Position numbers and translations under genes: made by a program
Source of the DNA: a virus
Lineage: Duplodnaviria; Heunggongvirae; Uroviricota; Caudoviricetes
DNA length: 61,541 nucleotides
Reading direction: 5' to 3' (one strand)
IMG/VR virus record: IMGVR_UViG_3300032220_001761
Coordinates: 129,134-190,674 of that record
Shown here: positions 47,188 through 57,405 of the stretch, piece after piece
Layout: each line of letters opens with the position of its first letter
How positions within the stretch are numbered: position 1 is the first letter of the stretch
The notes under the pieces: model-generated
The model's input: the letters and a program-made list of their open reading frames with translations, nothing else
Told to the model about the DNA's origin: nothing
Databases searched by the model: none

Positions 47188-49551
47188 TTAAGATCCGCAT
47201 GCAATGCAATCGTCAGGATTGTCTATGCTGCAAGTAAGATCTAGCATATTTTGGTCCTCGTCTTTGGTATCATATTTAGAAACATCGATACCTAATCCTT
47301 TAATAGCAGTGGTTGCTGCTTTGGTTCTTATATAATAGCTACCAGTTTTTAAACCCTTATCCCAAGAATAGAAATGGGCAGAGGATAATTTAGCAAAGTT
47401 AGCATCTTGAACAAACAAGTTCATACTTTGACTCTGACAAATAAATGGTGCTCTAATAGCAGCATGATCGATAATAATCTTCTGACTCATTTCCCATGCA
47501 GTTTTATATACTGCTTTTATATCGGAAGGGATTTCTTCAATCTCTTGGATTGATCCATTATTTATAATAATCTTATCTCTTAATGATTCACTCCATAGAT
47601 CAAGTTTAACTAGATCCTTAACAAGATGTTTATTAACTACTGGAAATTCCCCAGATAATGTTTTTCTGATATAAATGTTTGAAGTGAAAGGCTCAAAGCA
47701 TTCGGTATTTCCTAGAATTTGACTTGTAGATGCTGTGGGCATAGGAGCAAGTAATAGCGAATTTCTAGCACCAGACTTAATTACTCTAGCTCTTAGAGAT
47801 TCCCAATCCCATCGGTCTGAAGGTTTTTCGTTCCATAGATCAAATTGGAATAGACCTTGAGATAAAGGAGATCCGTTAAATGATTCATAAGCACCCTCTT
47901 TCTCTGCAAGATCCACAGAAGCTTCCATAGCTCCGTAGTATATTGTTTCGAATATGTCTCTATCTAATTGTTTAGCCTCTTCAGAATCGAATGCAATCTT
48001 CATTATAGCAAAAGTGTCTGCTAGTCCTTGTACACCTATACCGATAGGACGATGTTTGAAATTTGAGGCCTTAGTTTCTTTTGTAGGATAGTAGTTAACA
48101 TCTATTACACGATTAAGATTAAATGTGCATGTATATGCTATATCTTTTAGTGCATTAAAATCGTACTTAGGTTTTTTGCCAGGAATTATAAATTTAGGCA
48201 AAGCAATAGATGCTAGATTACAAACTGCGGTTTCTTTTGAGTCTGAATATTCAATAATCTCTGTGCAAAGATTTGATGACTTAATAGTTCCTAAATTTTT
48301 CTGGTTTGATTTTTTATTAGCAGCATCTTTATAGAGGATATAAGGAACTCCTGTTTCTATTTGAGCTTCTATAATTTTGTACCAAAGATCTTGAGCTTTG
48401 ATGATTTTTCTTCCTTTGTTTTGCGACTCATATTTAAGATAAAGATTCTTAAACTCGTCACCATAAACATCAGATAAACCAGGAGCTTCATCAGGCGAGA
48501 ACAAAGTCCAATTACCATTTTCTTTAACTCTCTCCATGAATAGATCTGGAGTCCATAAAGCTAAAAATAAATCTCTTGCTCTTAATTCCTCCTTACCGTG
48601 ATTTTTTCTAAGGTTTAAAAAATCCTCCACGTCACAGTGCCAAGGCTCTAAATATACTGCGAAAGATCCTTTTCTTCTTCCGCCACCTTGATCAACATAT
48701 CTAGCGGTCTCATTAAATACTCGAAGCATAGGTACAATTCCATTAGAATTTCCATTGGTTCCCTTAATGTAAGCGCCAGTTCCTCTAATGTTATGGATGT
48801 GTATTCCTATACCTCCGGCATTCTTTGAAATTTGAGCTACATCAGATAGAGTCTTATAAATCCCTTGGATTGAATCATCATGCATAGAAATTAAAAAACA
48901 AGAAGATAATTGTGGTCTTCTTGTTCCTGAATTAAAAAGAGTTGGAGTTGCATGTGTAAAAAATCCCTGACTCATTAAGTCATAAGTTTTATAGGCGGAA
49001 GCTAGATCATTCTTGTGAATACCTATTGCGACTCTCATTATCATCTGCTGAGGTCTTTCCGCTGGATGACCATTAATTTTAAGGAGATAAGATTTCTCTA
49101 GAGTCTTATATCCAAAATAATCGTAGTCTAAATCTCTGTCGGTAATTATTTGAGAATCAATATCTTTTGAATTATCCATTATGATCTGATAAACATCATC
49201 AGCAATCATAGGAGCCTTTTGCCCGGTTTTAGGATCAATGTAATTGTACAACTGATCTATAACCTGTGAAAAACTTTTTGGAGTAGTTTTATGAAGAGAT
49301 GTTATAGAAATCCTTGCTGCTAGAATAGAATAATCAGGATGGGTTGGGGTTAATGCTGCTGCAGTTTCTGCCGCAAGTGTATCTAGTTCAACTGAAGATA
49401 TTCCATCATATAATCCATGAATAACTTTTTTAGCAATTTCCATTGGCTCTATGTAATCCATATTTAGACCATAGCACTGCTTCTTAACTCTGTTTAGGAT
49501 CTTGTCTAATTTTACTCTCTCCTTAGAGCCATCTCTTTTAATTACTTCCAT
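47188..49551 (-). CDS. nrdA: ribonucleotide reductase class Ia alpha subunit
   Basis: ATP cone VIKRDG, TPTLFN, SNLCTEI, APMPTAS, C-terminal CxxC. Confidence 0.97.
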   Translation of the reverse strand: MEVIKRDGSKERVKLDKILNRVKKQCYGLNMDYIEPMEIAKKVIHGLYDGISSVELDTLAAETAAALTPTHPDYSILAARISITSLHKTTPKSFSQVIDQLYNYIDPKTGQKAPMIADDVYQIIMDNSKDIDSQIITDRDLDYDYFGYKTLEKSYLLKINGHPAERPQQMIMRVAIGIHKNDLASAYKTYDLMSQGFFTHATPTLFNSGTRRPQLSSCFLISMHDDSIQGIYKTLSDVAQISKNAGGIGIHIHNIRGTGAYIKGTNGNSNGIVPMLRVFNETARYVDQGGGRRKGSFAVYLEPWHCDVEDFLNLRKNHGKEELRARDLFLALWTPDLFMERVKENGNWTLFSPDEAPGLSDVYGDEFKNLYLKYESQNKGRKIIKAQDLWYKIIEAQIETGVPYILYKDAANKKSNQKNLGTIKSSNLCTEIIEYSDSKETAVCNLASIALPKFIIPGKKPKYDFNALKDIAYTCTFNLNRVIDVNYYPTKETKASNFKHRPIGIGVQGLADTFAIMKIAFDSEEAKQLDRDIFETIYYGAMEASVDLAEKEGAYESFNGSPLSQGLFQFDLWNEKPSDRWDWESLRARVIKSGARNSLLLAPMPTASTSQILGNTECFEPFTSNIYIRKTLSGEFPVVNKHLVKDLVKLDLWSESLRDKIIINNGSIQEIEEIPSDIKAVYKTAWEMSQKIIIDHAAIRAPFICQSQSMNLFVQDANFAKLSSAHFYSWDKGLKTGSYYIRTKAATTAIKGLGIDVSKYDTKDEDQNMLDLTCSIDNPDDCIACGS

Positions 49552-49617
49552 TTTGTTTTTTATATTTTTGTTTTACCGACTTTTTATCCTACGGTTTCTA
49601 TGTTTTTAAAAAATAAT

Positions 49618-50232
49618 TTACTTGATTTGTAAAATATTAAAGTAAAGGGAACCAGTTTCAAGCAAACAATCAGACGATGTTGCATTTGTGAATCTTAATT
49701 CTAATAAATCACCAGTAGAAAAAGTATAATAACCATTCCAAGATGCGTTCTGGTAAGTTAGGGGGAAAAATAATTTAGAATTAACCGAAGAGTTTACTAG
49801 TATATAAACGTAAAGTGGATTAGCTATATCTAGTGCATTAGTAAATGTCGTTATAACATTAGCAGAAACTCCTATGCTGTACGTTCCAGTATTAGAAATA
49901 GTAAATGAAGCGCTAATAGAAGATCCATTCCCGCTAGTAACAGTAGTCGCATTATATTCACCAGCAACCCCTGTATTCCATTTCCAGTTAGATCCAGAAA
50001 GAATTGTTTGTGAAAAAGACCCTACTGATATGTCAGAATATAATTCTCCAAAATCACCGCCCAAAAATGGACCAGTTGCTCCAGTTGCTCCAGCTGCTCC
50101 GGTTGTTCCTGATACTGATCCATCATCCGAAATATTCCATGTACTATCGATAAAATCTGAGAAGTCTTGTTGAGAAGGAATAACTCCTTGCGCAAAAATA
50201 GACTTTAATTGGGTTCTGCTTTTTTGAGACAC
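49618..50232 (-). CDS. fibre-like structural protein (short GAT repeats plus beta-rich C1q-like domain)
   Basis: RTQLKSIF..PSQQDFSDFIDS; GTTGAAGATGATGP; GATATATA upstream. Confidence 0.55.
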   Translation of the reverse strand: MSQKSRTQLKSIFAQGVIPSQQDFSDFIDSTWNISDDGSVSGTTGAAGATGATGPFLGGDFGELYSDISVGSFSQTILSGSNWKWNTGVAGEYNATTVTSGNGSSISASFTISNTGTYSIGVSANVITTFTNALDIANPLYVYILVNSSVNSKLFFPLTYQNASWNGYYTFSTGDLLELRFTNATSSDCLLETGSLYFNILQIK

Positions 50233-50280
50233 TTCTAATATTTTTATTTATATATCAGGATAGATTAATCTACTATAAAA

Positions 50281-51261
50281 TTAAAAATCCGCGTTCATAG
50301 TGAATTCTTTACTACTACTATTTCCTTCTTTTGCGCTATCCATAACGCCAGATTTCTGATATGAACCCACTCTACCTTCAAAGAAGTTTCCTTTATTTTC
50401 TAAAGCAATATTGGTCATGAAATCGAAAGGACATTTAGATTCGTACATTTTAGAACATCCAAGAGAAATTAACAATCTGTCTGCAACGAATTCTATATAC
50501 TGACACATAAGATCAGAATTCATACCGATTAATCTAACAGGTAAAGAAGCAGTAACAAACTCTTTTTCGATCTCTACAGCTTCATTAATTACTTGTTTAA
50601 TGGTTTCTTCTGGAAGTTTATCTTTAATGTGTTTAGTGTAAAGTAAACAAGCAAAATCACAATGTAATCCCTCGTCTCTAGATATTAGTTCATTAGAGAA
50701 TGAAAGGCCTGGCATAAGACCTCTTTTCTTAAGCCAGAAAATAGAACAAAATGATCCAGAAAAGAATATTCCTTCAACTGCTGCGAAAGCTATTAACCTC
50801 TCTGCAAAAGATCCGTTTTCAATCCATTTAAAAGCCCAATCAGCTTTTCTTTTTACTGAAGGAACCGTTTCAATAGCATTAAAAAGATGTTCTTTCTCTT
50901 CTTCGTCAGTAATATAAGTGTCAATTAAAAGAGAATATGTTTCGCCATGAATGTTCTCCATCATGAGTTGAAATCCATAGAAACAACGTGCTTCTGGATA
51001 CTGTACCTGATTAAAAAAGTTAGAGGCAAGGTTTTCATTGACTATGCCGTCAGAGTTGTTAAAAAAGGCTAATACGTGCTTTATGAAGTACCTCTCGTTA
51101 TCATTTAATTTCTCTCTCCAGTGAGTTACGTCTTGTGCTAAATCTATCTCCTCTGCGGTCCAGAATGAAGCCTCTGCAGTTTTATACATTTTCCAGATAT
51201 CAGAATGCTGAACTGGAAGTAATGAGAATCTTTTTGAATTTGGTGTCAGAATTTTTTCCAT
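50281..51261 (-). CDS. nrdB: ribonucleotide reductase class Ia beta subunit
   Basis: [30 protein letters not shown]. Confidence 0.97.
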   Translation of the reverse strand: MEKILTPNSKRFSLLPVQHSDIWKMYKTAEASFWTAEEIDLAQDVTHWREKLNDNERYFIKHVLAFFNNSDGIVNENLASNFFNQVQYPEARCFYGFQLMMENIHGETYSLLIDTYITDEEEKEHLFNAIETVPSVKRKADWAFKWIENGSFAERLIAFAAVEGIFFSGSFCSIFWLKKRGLMPGLSFSNELISRDEGLHCDFACLLYTKHIKDKLPEETIKQVINEAVEIEKEFVTASLPVRLIGMNSDLMCQYIEFVADRLLISLGCSKMYESKCPFDFMTNIALENKGNFFEGRVGSYQKSGVMDSAKEGNSSSKEFTMNADF

Positions 51262-51272
51262 ATAATTTTTTT

Positions 51273-51740
51273 TTAGTATCCTCTTTCTTGTCTTTGTTTG
51301 TTTTCCTCTGCTTTTGCGAAATAATAATTATAAACCGTTTTAGCATCTAATCCAATAGAAGCTGCATAGTTAATAAAGAAATGTAGGATATCTATCCATT
51401 CCATGAAGAGTTCCTTCTTGTCATTTTCAGAAAGATCTGAAATTTTCATATTCTCATATTTCTTGTGGTCTTTCTTCCAGTATTTCCATACTGCATTACC
51501 ACTTCCGTCTTTAATACCTCCCAGAGCATCAGTCATTTCATGGATCTCATCGATAACTGCATGAGTGTTAACATGCCAGAATTTCATGATGTCACTGATG
51601 GTCATTTCATTAAACTTAATTCCATAAGTTTCTTCTTGCATTCTTTTTTGGTGGTCCATGATGTCTGCAAGGTGAGATGTTGATTCTTCATAGAAATCTT
51701 TAATCTCTAGATCTTTACATTCGTTGTCTATGTTTGCCAT
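51273..51740 (-). CDS. dimeric dUTPase / T4 gp56-like dNTP pyrophosphatase
   Basis: [31 protein letters not shown]. Confidence 0.8.
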   Translation of the reverse strand: MANIDNECKDLEIKDFYEESTSHLADIMDHQKRMQEETYGIKFNEMTISDIMKFWHVNTHAVIDEIHEMTDALGGIKDGSGNAVWKYWKKDHKKYENMKISDLSENDKKELFMEWIDILHFFINYAASIGLDAKTVYNYYFAKAEENKQRQERGY

Positions 51741-51749
51741 TTTTTTATT

Positions 51750-51914
51750 TTAAAGTAATTTTTTTAATACTGTAATAATTTCTTCATCGGTTTTATTTTC
51801 TTCTCTCATTCTTAAAACTATTTCTTCTGGCTGGAATCCACCATTAAAATCCCAATAATTTTTAAGTAGATCAAGAAGATCCCTGATTTCTTTTTCTTCC
51901 GTTTTTTCTTCCAT
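51750..51914 (-). CDS. small hypothetical protein, 54 aa
   Basis: Hand translation MEEKTEEKEIRDLLDLLKNYWDF...; fills the operon gap. Confidence 0.55.
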   Translation of the reverse strand: MEEKTEEKEIRDLLDLLKNYWDFNGGFQPEEIVLRMREENKTDEEIITVLKKLL

Positions 51915-51917
51915 AAT

Positions 51918-53324
51918 TTATGATTTTGATTTTATTGCTTTTTTAATTTTTTCAATTTCCTTTTCACATTCAAAGTATTTTTTCTTTGTAGCTTTTCTCT
52001 GAGAATAAAGGTCTTGTAGAATCTCTCTCAACATTGGCTCCTTTCCTTCTTTACTGTAGAATACTGCACCCGATGAAGTTTTAATAGCTCCTTCTGGTAT
52101 TTCCTTTAAATTTTTACCAATATAAATTTCTGGTGAAATCCCCCATTGCATCATGGTATTAGGATATAGAGAAGCAAAGTCAAAACATGCTATCCATTCG
52201 TATAATCCTTTCTCAGGCTTCTTAACATAAGCACCTTCGAATTTAACATGTGTCTCTTCTTTTCTCTCACTTATAATAACTCTTTTTCGGTCTAAGAATT
52301 TCTTTAACATAAGTACCTCAGTGGTCCAAACAGGCGAAAGGGCTCTGTTAATCTCCACTCCACTTACTTCTGCGATCTTAAAAAATGTAGATATTGTATC
52401 AAGTCTTTGGTCTATGTAATGAACCAGACCACAGTCAATAGCATTATAGAAAATAAAAGTGTCGAAGTCAGATTCATATAAATCCTTCAGTGTTCCTTGG
52501 TAATGTATTTTCTTTATACCTATCGCCTGATTTGCAACATAATCCAAAGAATTGGATTCTCTGATTTTAATAACCCTGTCCCATTTCTTATAGATGTCCA
52601 GATAATCGACCATAAGAATGTGCATAGGTATTTGATTTTTCCCTAGAAGAGTTCCACTAGGAGAAGCTATCTTCGGATCTATACCAAGTCTTTTACATCT
52701 GTTGATTATATAAGGCCAGTCATATCCAAACCAGTTCCATCCAGTGACTAAAGGCATCTTATGGATCAATTTAGCCAGAAATGTGTAAAGCATATCAAAT
52801 TCGCTTTCAAATTTTCTGTAATTAAAAGTCCATTCGCCCTTCTGTCCCTTAAAGTGCTCTTTTATTCTCTTCTCAATTTTTAAGATCCTTTCAGAATCCA
52901 TATCCTCTAATCCTATAACAAGTATTTTTCCTTGCGAGGATGCCATACCTATTGAGAGGATTCTATTCTTAGCGTTTTCTGTATCTAAAGAATCCGCTCT
53001 ATTATCCGTGATCTCAACCTCTATATCGACGAAATATTTTTTAGGAGTTTGATATTCCCAAAGGGGACTGGTTATTTCTTTGTCAAAAGATGCCAGAATC
53101 TCAGTAACTCTGTATCGATCTAATTTATAAGTCTGAACTTTTTTAATTGGAGCTCCGTCCCACGAAAGCCATTCCTTGTCTCTTGATTTATCAGAAGCTG
53201 TGGTTTTTTGCCACACGAATTGCTGAGATTTAGGAACTTGTAATTTAAGATAATCTACATCACCATCTTTTGTATAATGAGAAACGATTAAATTAGATCC
53301 TGCGGTTTCTATATCAATTATCAT
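51918..53324 (-). CDS. family B DNA polymerase, N-terminal subunit (3'-5' exonuclease plus motif A; gp43A-like)
   Basis: DIE (ExoI), GWNWFGYD (ExoII), YNAID (ExoIII), FDFASLYP (motif A); ends in the fingers helix. Confidence 0.92.
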   Translation of the reverse strand: MIIDIETAGSNLIVSHYTKDGDVDYLKLQVPKSQQFVWQKTTASDKSRDKEWLSWDGAPIKKVQTYKLDRYRVTEILASFDKEITSPLWEYQTPKKYFVDIEVEITDNRADSLDTENAKNRILSIGMASSQGKILVIGLEDMDSERILKIEKRIKEHFKGQKGEWTFNYRKFESEFDMLYTFLAKLIHKMPLVTGWNWFGYDWPYIINRCKRLGIDPKIASPSGTLLGKNQIPMHILMVDYLDIYKKWDRVIKIRESNSLDYVANQAIGIKKIHYQGTLKDLYESDFDTFIFYNAIDCGLVHYIDQRLDTISTFFKIAEVSGVEINRALSPVWTTEVLMLKKFLDRKRVIISERKEETHVKFEGAYVKKPEKGLYEWIACFDFASLYPNTMMQWGISPEIYIGKNLKEIPEGAIKTSSGAVFYSKEGKEPMLREILQDLYSQRKATKKKYFECEKEIEKIKKAIKSKS

Positions 53325-53328
53325 AACA

Positions 53329-53357
53329 ATCTTACACCAATAAGTGATAGAGGTTTC
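53329..53357 (-). promoter_or_regulatory. phage middle-type promoter of the polymerase operon
   Basis: GAAAC-N17-GTAAGAT. Confidence 0.6.
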
Positions 53358-53376
53358 AAGAAAGAATATATAATAC

Positions 53377-53688
53377 GTGAAAAATATTCTAACCTATAAA
53401 TTATTCGAACAGGTTTATCTAAACGACCTAAATCCATTTGACAGGGTTTCCAAATATCCCAAGGGTCTCAGGTTCGTTAATAAAGATGAGGCATTAAAAT
53501 CGGTTCGTAGATTACAAGAAATGCTAAACAAGAATGAGATAGAGGTTAAGGATGCTATAATAGCTTCTTACATTATGTCACAAAGAGCAGAGTTCCATAA
53601 ATTTCCTAAACCTGGTATAAAAGAGGGAATGCAAGTATGGAAAAACTTTTTGTCGGAACTTAAGAAGAAAGACAGTCTATCATCTTAA
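53377..53688 (+). CDS. hypothetical protein with YKLFEQ leader
   Basis: AATATATA at 53365; GTG start. Confidence 0.65.
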   Translation: MKNILTYKLFEQVYLNDLNPFDRVSKYPKGLRFVNKDEALKSVRRLQEMLNKNEIEVKDAIIASYIMSQRAEFHKFPKPGIKEGMQVWKNFLSELKKKDSLSS

Positions 53689-53713
53689 AATACCCACAAA
53701 AAATCCTATAAAA

Positions 53714-54058
53714 TTGGAACTTCACAAGAAGATCGTACAAGCTTGGAAAAATGAGTTTGGCGACATAAAAAATTCGTCCTCAGTTTTAAGCTCTCTATTA
53801 ACATCCAAATTTAATGGGGGAAAAGGAGAACCAACTTCAGAGGAAGTTTCAAAAGCTCTTAAAGATCTCTTAGATGTTCCTAAAATAGCTCCTCTAGTAG
53901 CAATAATTTTAGCATCTCCTATACCGGGAAGTTCTATCGGATACCTAGCATTAATGACGTCTCTTAAAAAGATATCAAAAAATAAAATAGACCTGGTACC
54001 AAAAAGATTTGGGGAGATATTCGAGAAGGATAAAAAAGATCCTATAGATCCTTCTTAA
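53714..54058 (+). CDS. hypothetical membrane-associated protein
   Basis: IAPLVAIILASPIPGSSIGYLAL. Confidence 0.55.
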   Translation: MELHKKIVQAWKNEFGDIKNSSSVLSSLLTSKFNGGKGEPTSEEVSKALKDLLDVPKIAPLVAIILASPIPGSSIGYLALMTSLKKISKNKIDLVPKRFGEIFEKDKKDPIDPS

Positions 54059-54641
54059 AGAATGTAATAAATTTTAGAAGTATATCTTCCAATTCTCTAG
54101 AATCTGTGGAAGTTTTAGATTCTATTTCTTGGTTACTCTTTTTAGAAATTTGCTTTAGGTAACTTACAAAAGCTTTATAAGTTGAAGGCAATTGATCAGA
54201 AGAATCAGATTCTAAAACCTCTTTCATAGCTTTAGAAGCTCCCATTACAAATACATCAGAACTTTCTTTAGGTGCTTTCTCTAAGTCTGAATAATCTAAA
54301 AATACCGATAGTATCTCCAATACATTATCGATAGTTATAAATTCAAAAGATTTTTTTGCTCGGTCTTTTCCCTCTCTTGTGGTTATTTTAACCTCACACA
54401 TACTTTTTTTATCAGGAGAGAAATTTTTAGAAGGATAGAACTCAAGTCTTGCTTCTTCACCTTCAGATCCCTTTTTCAAATAGAGCATTGTGAAATTACC
54501 CTTCTGATTAAATATCAGATATCCTCCCTCCTCTTTTTTATCAAAAGAGCTTTCGTTATTTATTATAAACCAATTTGATGTTATTGGTGTTATTTTTTCA
54601 TTGACAAGAAAAAACTTGCTAAAGTCTATTAGATGATTCAT
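54042..54641 (-). CDS. putative virion-internal protein
   Basis: MNHLIDFSKFFLVNE; AATATATA upstream. Confidence 0.7.
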   Translation of the reverse strand: MNHLIDFSKFFLVNEKITPITSNWFIINNESSFDKKEEGGYLIFNQKGNFTMLYLKKGSEGEEARLEFYPSKNFSPDKKSMCEVKITTREGKDRAKKSFEFITIDNVLEILSVFLDYSDLEKAPKESSDVFVMGASKAMKEVLESDSSDQLPSTYKAFVSYLKQISKKSNQEIESKTSTDSRELEDILLKFITFFKKDL

Positions 54642-54652
54642 GATGTATATAT

Positions 54653-55036
54653 TTACAAGGAATCAATATACATCTTTAATTTTTTATCTCTTGGTATAAA
54701 ACTGGTGTTCTTATCAATAAATATCCTCCATGCCTCTCTTCCGTAATCTCCTATACCAGGAAGCTTTTGCGGATCCCTATTTCCCTTTGCCCACTCATTA
54801 GAGAACTTTATTATTCTGTCCGCCTTTATATTTTGAAAACCTGTAGGTTTTATAAAGTTCGAAATGATATCTTTGTCTTCTGGTATGACAGAAAAAGAGT
54901 TAGGCCACTTTATGAAAAAATCTTCTATAAGCGGCCTAACCTGTTTGTTGTTTGTTTGATTTAAGAGTATACAACATATAAGGACTTTCCAAGGATCGTC
55001 CGAATATCTTTCCTGTATAATATCATATTTAGCCAT
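54653..55036 (-). CDS. HhH-GPD DNA glycosylase, MBD4-like
   Basis: IQE..DPWKVLICCILLNQT, LPGIGDYG, PRDKKL. Confidence 0.85.
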   Translation of the reverse strand: MAKYDIIQERYSDDPWKVLICCILLNQTNNKQVRPLIEDFFIKWPNSFSVIPEDKDIISNFIKPTGFQNIKADRIIKFSNEWAKGNRDPQKLPGIGDYGREAWRIFIDKNTSFIPRDKKLKMYIDSL

Positions 55037-55045
55037 GGTGCTAAA

Positions 55046-55378
55046 TTAAGAAATATCTACAGTAGTTTGTTTAGCTCTTTTAGATTTTTTTAAATTGATA
55101 AACAAAAGACCGTTTTCAACCTTTGCAGTAATTGGATCATCTGAATTTAAAGATCCAGCAGGTAGAATGAATTTACTATCGATTTCATAGGTTTCACCTA
55201 AGATTTCTTTTTTACCTTTAACATGGACGATATATCCGTCCAAGCTAATTTTTAAATCTTCCTTAGAGAACCCAGGAACTTCTATCAACATTACACCCTC
55301 TTTGATGGAATACCCAGTTAATGTTTTTCCTAAATTTTTAATTAGGAATGGTAGTTCTTTTTCTAATTCTTTAAACAT
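55046..55378 (-). CDS. small heat-shock protein (Hsp20)
   Basis: EVPGFSKEDLKI, AKVENGLLFI. Confidence 0.85.
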   Translation of the reverse strand: MFKELEKELPFLIKNLGKTLTGYSIKEGVMLIEVPGFSKEDLKISLDGYIVHVKGKKEILGETYEIDSKFILPAGSLNSDDPITAKVENGLLFINLKKSKRAKQTTVDIS

Positions 55379-55430
55379 GTTTTTATTTTTAGCTCTAATA
55401 TATCAAATTAAATACCGACCAATATAAAAC

Positions 55431-55462
55431 AAAAAATCCAAGTGATTTTGTCACTTGGATTT
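55431..55462 (-). terminator. intrinsic terminator
   Basis: 12-bp stem AAATCCAAGTGA/TCACTTGGATTT with T-run on the minus strand. Confidence 0.75.
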
Positions 55463-55483
55463 GAATTTTTATGTCAATATTTC

Positions 55484-56014
55484 TTATTTGGGTTGATTCT
55501 TCTTGCTATTTGTAACGAATGTTTTAAAATCCATCAACGAAATATCCAAAGGGTTTGGAGTTCTAACAGTTGTAGTTTTTTCAACAGATCCGGTAGTTCC
55601 AGCAAAGTCAGTCATTTTCTTTTTCTTCTTTCCTTTCGCTGCTGGTGTTCCAACTGAAAGGGAAGGAAATTGATCACCTGATCCCTCTTTCCCAGGAGTA
55701 GGTGGAACTACGTTTCCCATACCGGGAGTTGACGGAAGACTAGCAAGTGCTCCGCCACTCTCACTTAGAACGTCAGAGATCTTATTTTTAAATACTCTAT
55801 AAGATCCTCTATCCCCTTCTATAACATACCCAATCACCTCTCCTGTGTTATTTCTGATTGAATCATCAACCATTCCACTTCTACCGTCAACTAAAGAAAC
55901 TCTTTTGCCAACTAAAGGATCCTGTGAGTATCTAGGGGTGCTTGATCCAGCATAACTTCTGATGTTGTCTGTAGTAGATCCACATCCGCAATCTTCGTTT
56001 AATTCTTCTTTCAT
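55484..56014 (-). CDS. hypothetical late protein
   Basis: ELNE start; TPGMGNVVPP..GSGD; C-terminal LMDFKTF motif. Confidence 0.7.
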   Translation of the reverse strand: MKEELNEDCGCGSTTDNIRSYAGSSTPRYSQDPLVGKRVSLVDGRSGMVDDSIRNNTGEVIGYVIEGDRGSYRVFKNKISDVLSESGGALASLPSTPGMGNVVPPTPGKEGSGDQFPSLSVGTPAAKGKKKKKMTDFAGTTGSVEKTTTVRTPNPLDISLMDFKTFVTNSKKNQPK

Positions 56015-56019
56015 AATGA

Positions 56020-56385
56020 TTATTTATTTTTTCTTGAAGTAAATTCTCTATAGTCAGCTAGGTTTTGCATTTTAGCTGAGGGTGATTTTTTACTTGGTTT
56101 ATTTGATTCTGGTTTAAGGTATGTATAAATGGTAGGAACTTCTTCTTCTCCCATGTAATCCTCCTTCACCTCTGGTAATTTTTTATGCTTTGTAGATGCG
56201 TATGCTTTTAAGGATTTCTTTTTATCCCATTCTTTAGCCATACTAACTATCTTATCTCTGTATTCAGGATTAACATCCTTAGGATCTAACCCCTCTTTAC
56301 CGTCAGAGTCCATAAATTTACGAACTCCGTAAACCTGACCCATTAATCTTTGTTGACTTTTAGAAACCGATTTTTCGTTAATCAT
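56020..56385 (-). CDS. DUF3008-like basic protein
   Basis: SVSKSQQRLMG...ASTKHKKLPE. Confidence 0.65.
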   Translation of the reverse strand: MINEKSVSKSQQRLMGQVYGVRKFMDSDGKEGLDPKDVNPEYRDKIVSMAKEWDKKKSLKAYASTKHKKLPEVKEDYMGEEEVPTIYTYLKPESNKPSKKSPSAKMQNLADYREFTSRKNK

Positions 56386-57155
56386 AATAGCTCCATTATT
56401 TTTTCTTTCACTACATGGGGTTCTTTCTCTATCAAACTGCCATCGAACCTAATAACTATATATCCCAATTTTTTCAATTTACTAGTTTGTATTATATCCT
56501 TATCCCTCCTCCCGGGTAAATTGTGCCAATAATCCCCGTCAGCAAATATTAATAAATTATCTATCTTAAAATCAGATACTGATATGTTTTCTATCGGATA
56601 CTGTGTTTGATATTTTATATCTAGGCTAATTAAAATCTCCTCTATAATTTTTTCAATATTAGTTGATACTTTATTAGAAAATTTTACTATCCCTATACAA
56701 TGGCATTTTCTAGAACAATATTTAGCTGGTGATTTATAATTTTTTGATCTTTCAAAGATTTTGTTACATATAATACATTCATGTTTAATTCTATCAATCC
56801 TATTTTTTCCAGCTAAATCGGTATGTATTTTTTTCAAAGAACATTCCTTACTGCAGTATTTTCTTTTAGAATTTTCTCTTACTTTAAATACCGAACCACA
56901 AAATATACAACATATCTCTTTCCTTTCCTTCCATAGTGGATGTTTTTCTAACCTATGCCCTTTTTTTAAACGACTTTCTTTGTTTTGTGAAGATTCAATA
57001 AACCTTATTTTAAAATCTGTATCCTCCAATCTTTTCTTTCCGTTGAAAATCCCGTTGCACGTTCGGGAGCAAAAATTTTTACGAATAACGTCTCTTTTGT
57101 TCTGGATTTTTAATTCAGAGTTACAATTTTTACAAAACTTTTTTCCAAAATACAT
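56382..57155 (-). CDS. Zn-finger-repeat Vsr/DUF559-like homing endonuclease
   Basis: Three CxxC..(F/Y)CSxxC units; DFKI..ADGDYWH..D..L..LGY.V.R. Confidence 0.8.
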   Translation of the reverse strand: MYFGKKFCKNCNSELKIQNKRDVIRKNFCSRTCNGIFNGKKRLEDTDFKIRFIESSQNKESRLKKGHRLEKHPLWKERKEICCIFCGSVFKVRENSKRKYCSKECSLKKIHTDLAGKNRIDRIKHECIICNKIFERSKNYKSPAKYCSRKCHCIGIVKFSNKVSTNIEKIIEEILISLDIKYQTQYPIENISVSDFKIDNLLIFADGDYWHNLPGRRDKDIIQTSKLKKLGYIVIRFDGSLIEKEPHVVKEKIMELL

Positions 57156-57156
57156 T

Positions 57157-57330
57157 TTAGTCCTTTGGAAATTTTGGTTTTTTACCCAGGAAATCCTTCC
57201 AAGACCAGATAAACCTTCTGTAATGATCTTTGACAGTTTTGAATCCTGTATCTCCCTTAGGTATTTTTACTGGAGATACCGGCGGTTCGTAAGAACTAGT
57301 CTCTGCTGATTTTCTTTTCTTTTTTGTCAT
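57157..57330 (-). CDS. small basic protein
   Basis: Start re-assigned to MTKKKRK downstream of the hairpin; IWSWKDFL motif. Confidence 0.55.
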   Translation of the reverse strand: MTKKKRKSAETSSYEPPVSPVKIPKGDTGFKTVKDHYRRFIWSWKDFLGKKPKFPKD

Positions 57331-57344
57331 ATTGATTAGGGAGC

Positions 57345-57391
57345 AAACAAAAACTCCCAATAGTATATATTCCTATCGGGAGTTTTTGTTT
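57345..57391 (-). terminator. long terminator hairpin with the late-promoter motif in its loop
   Basis: AAACAAAAACTCCCGATAG-GAATATATA-CTATTGGGAGTTTTTGTTT on the minus strand. Confidence 0.75.
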
Positions 57392-57405
57392 TATGACAAA
57401 TAGAA

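Noticed and set aside
33968-53324. Split intein or intron joining the polymerase halves
   Set aside because: No intein N-terminal block or His-Asn end, and the intervening DNA is ordinary genes
56761-57309. 182-aa plus-strand ORF
   Set aside because: Antisense to the Zn-finger endonuclease, with no recognisable motifs
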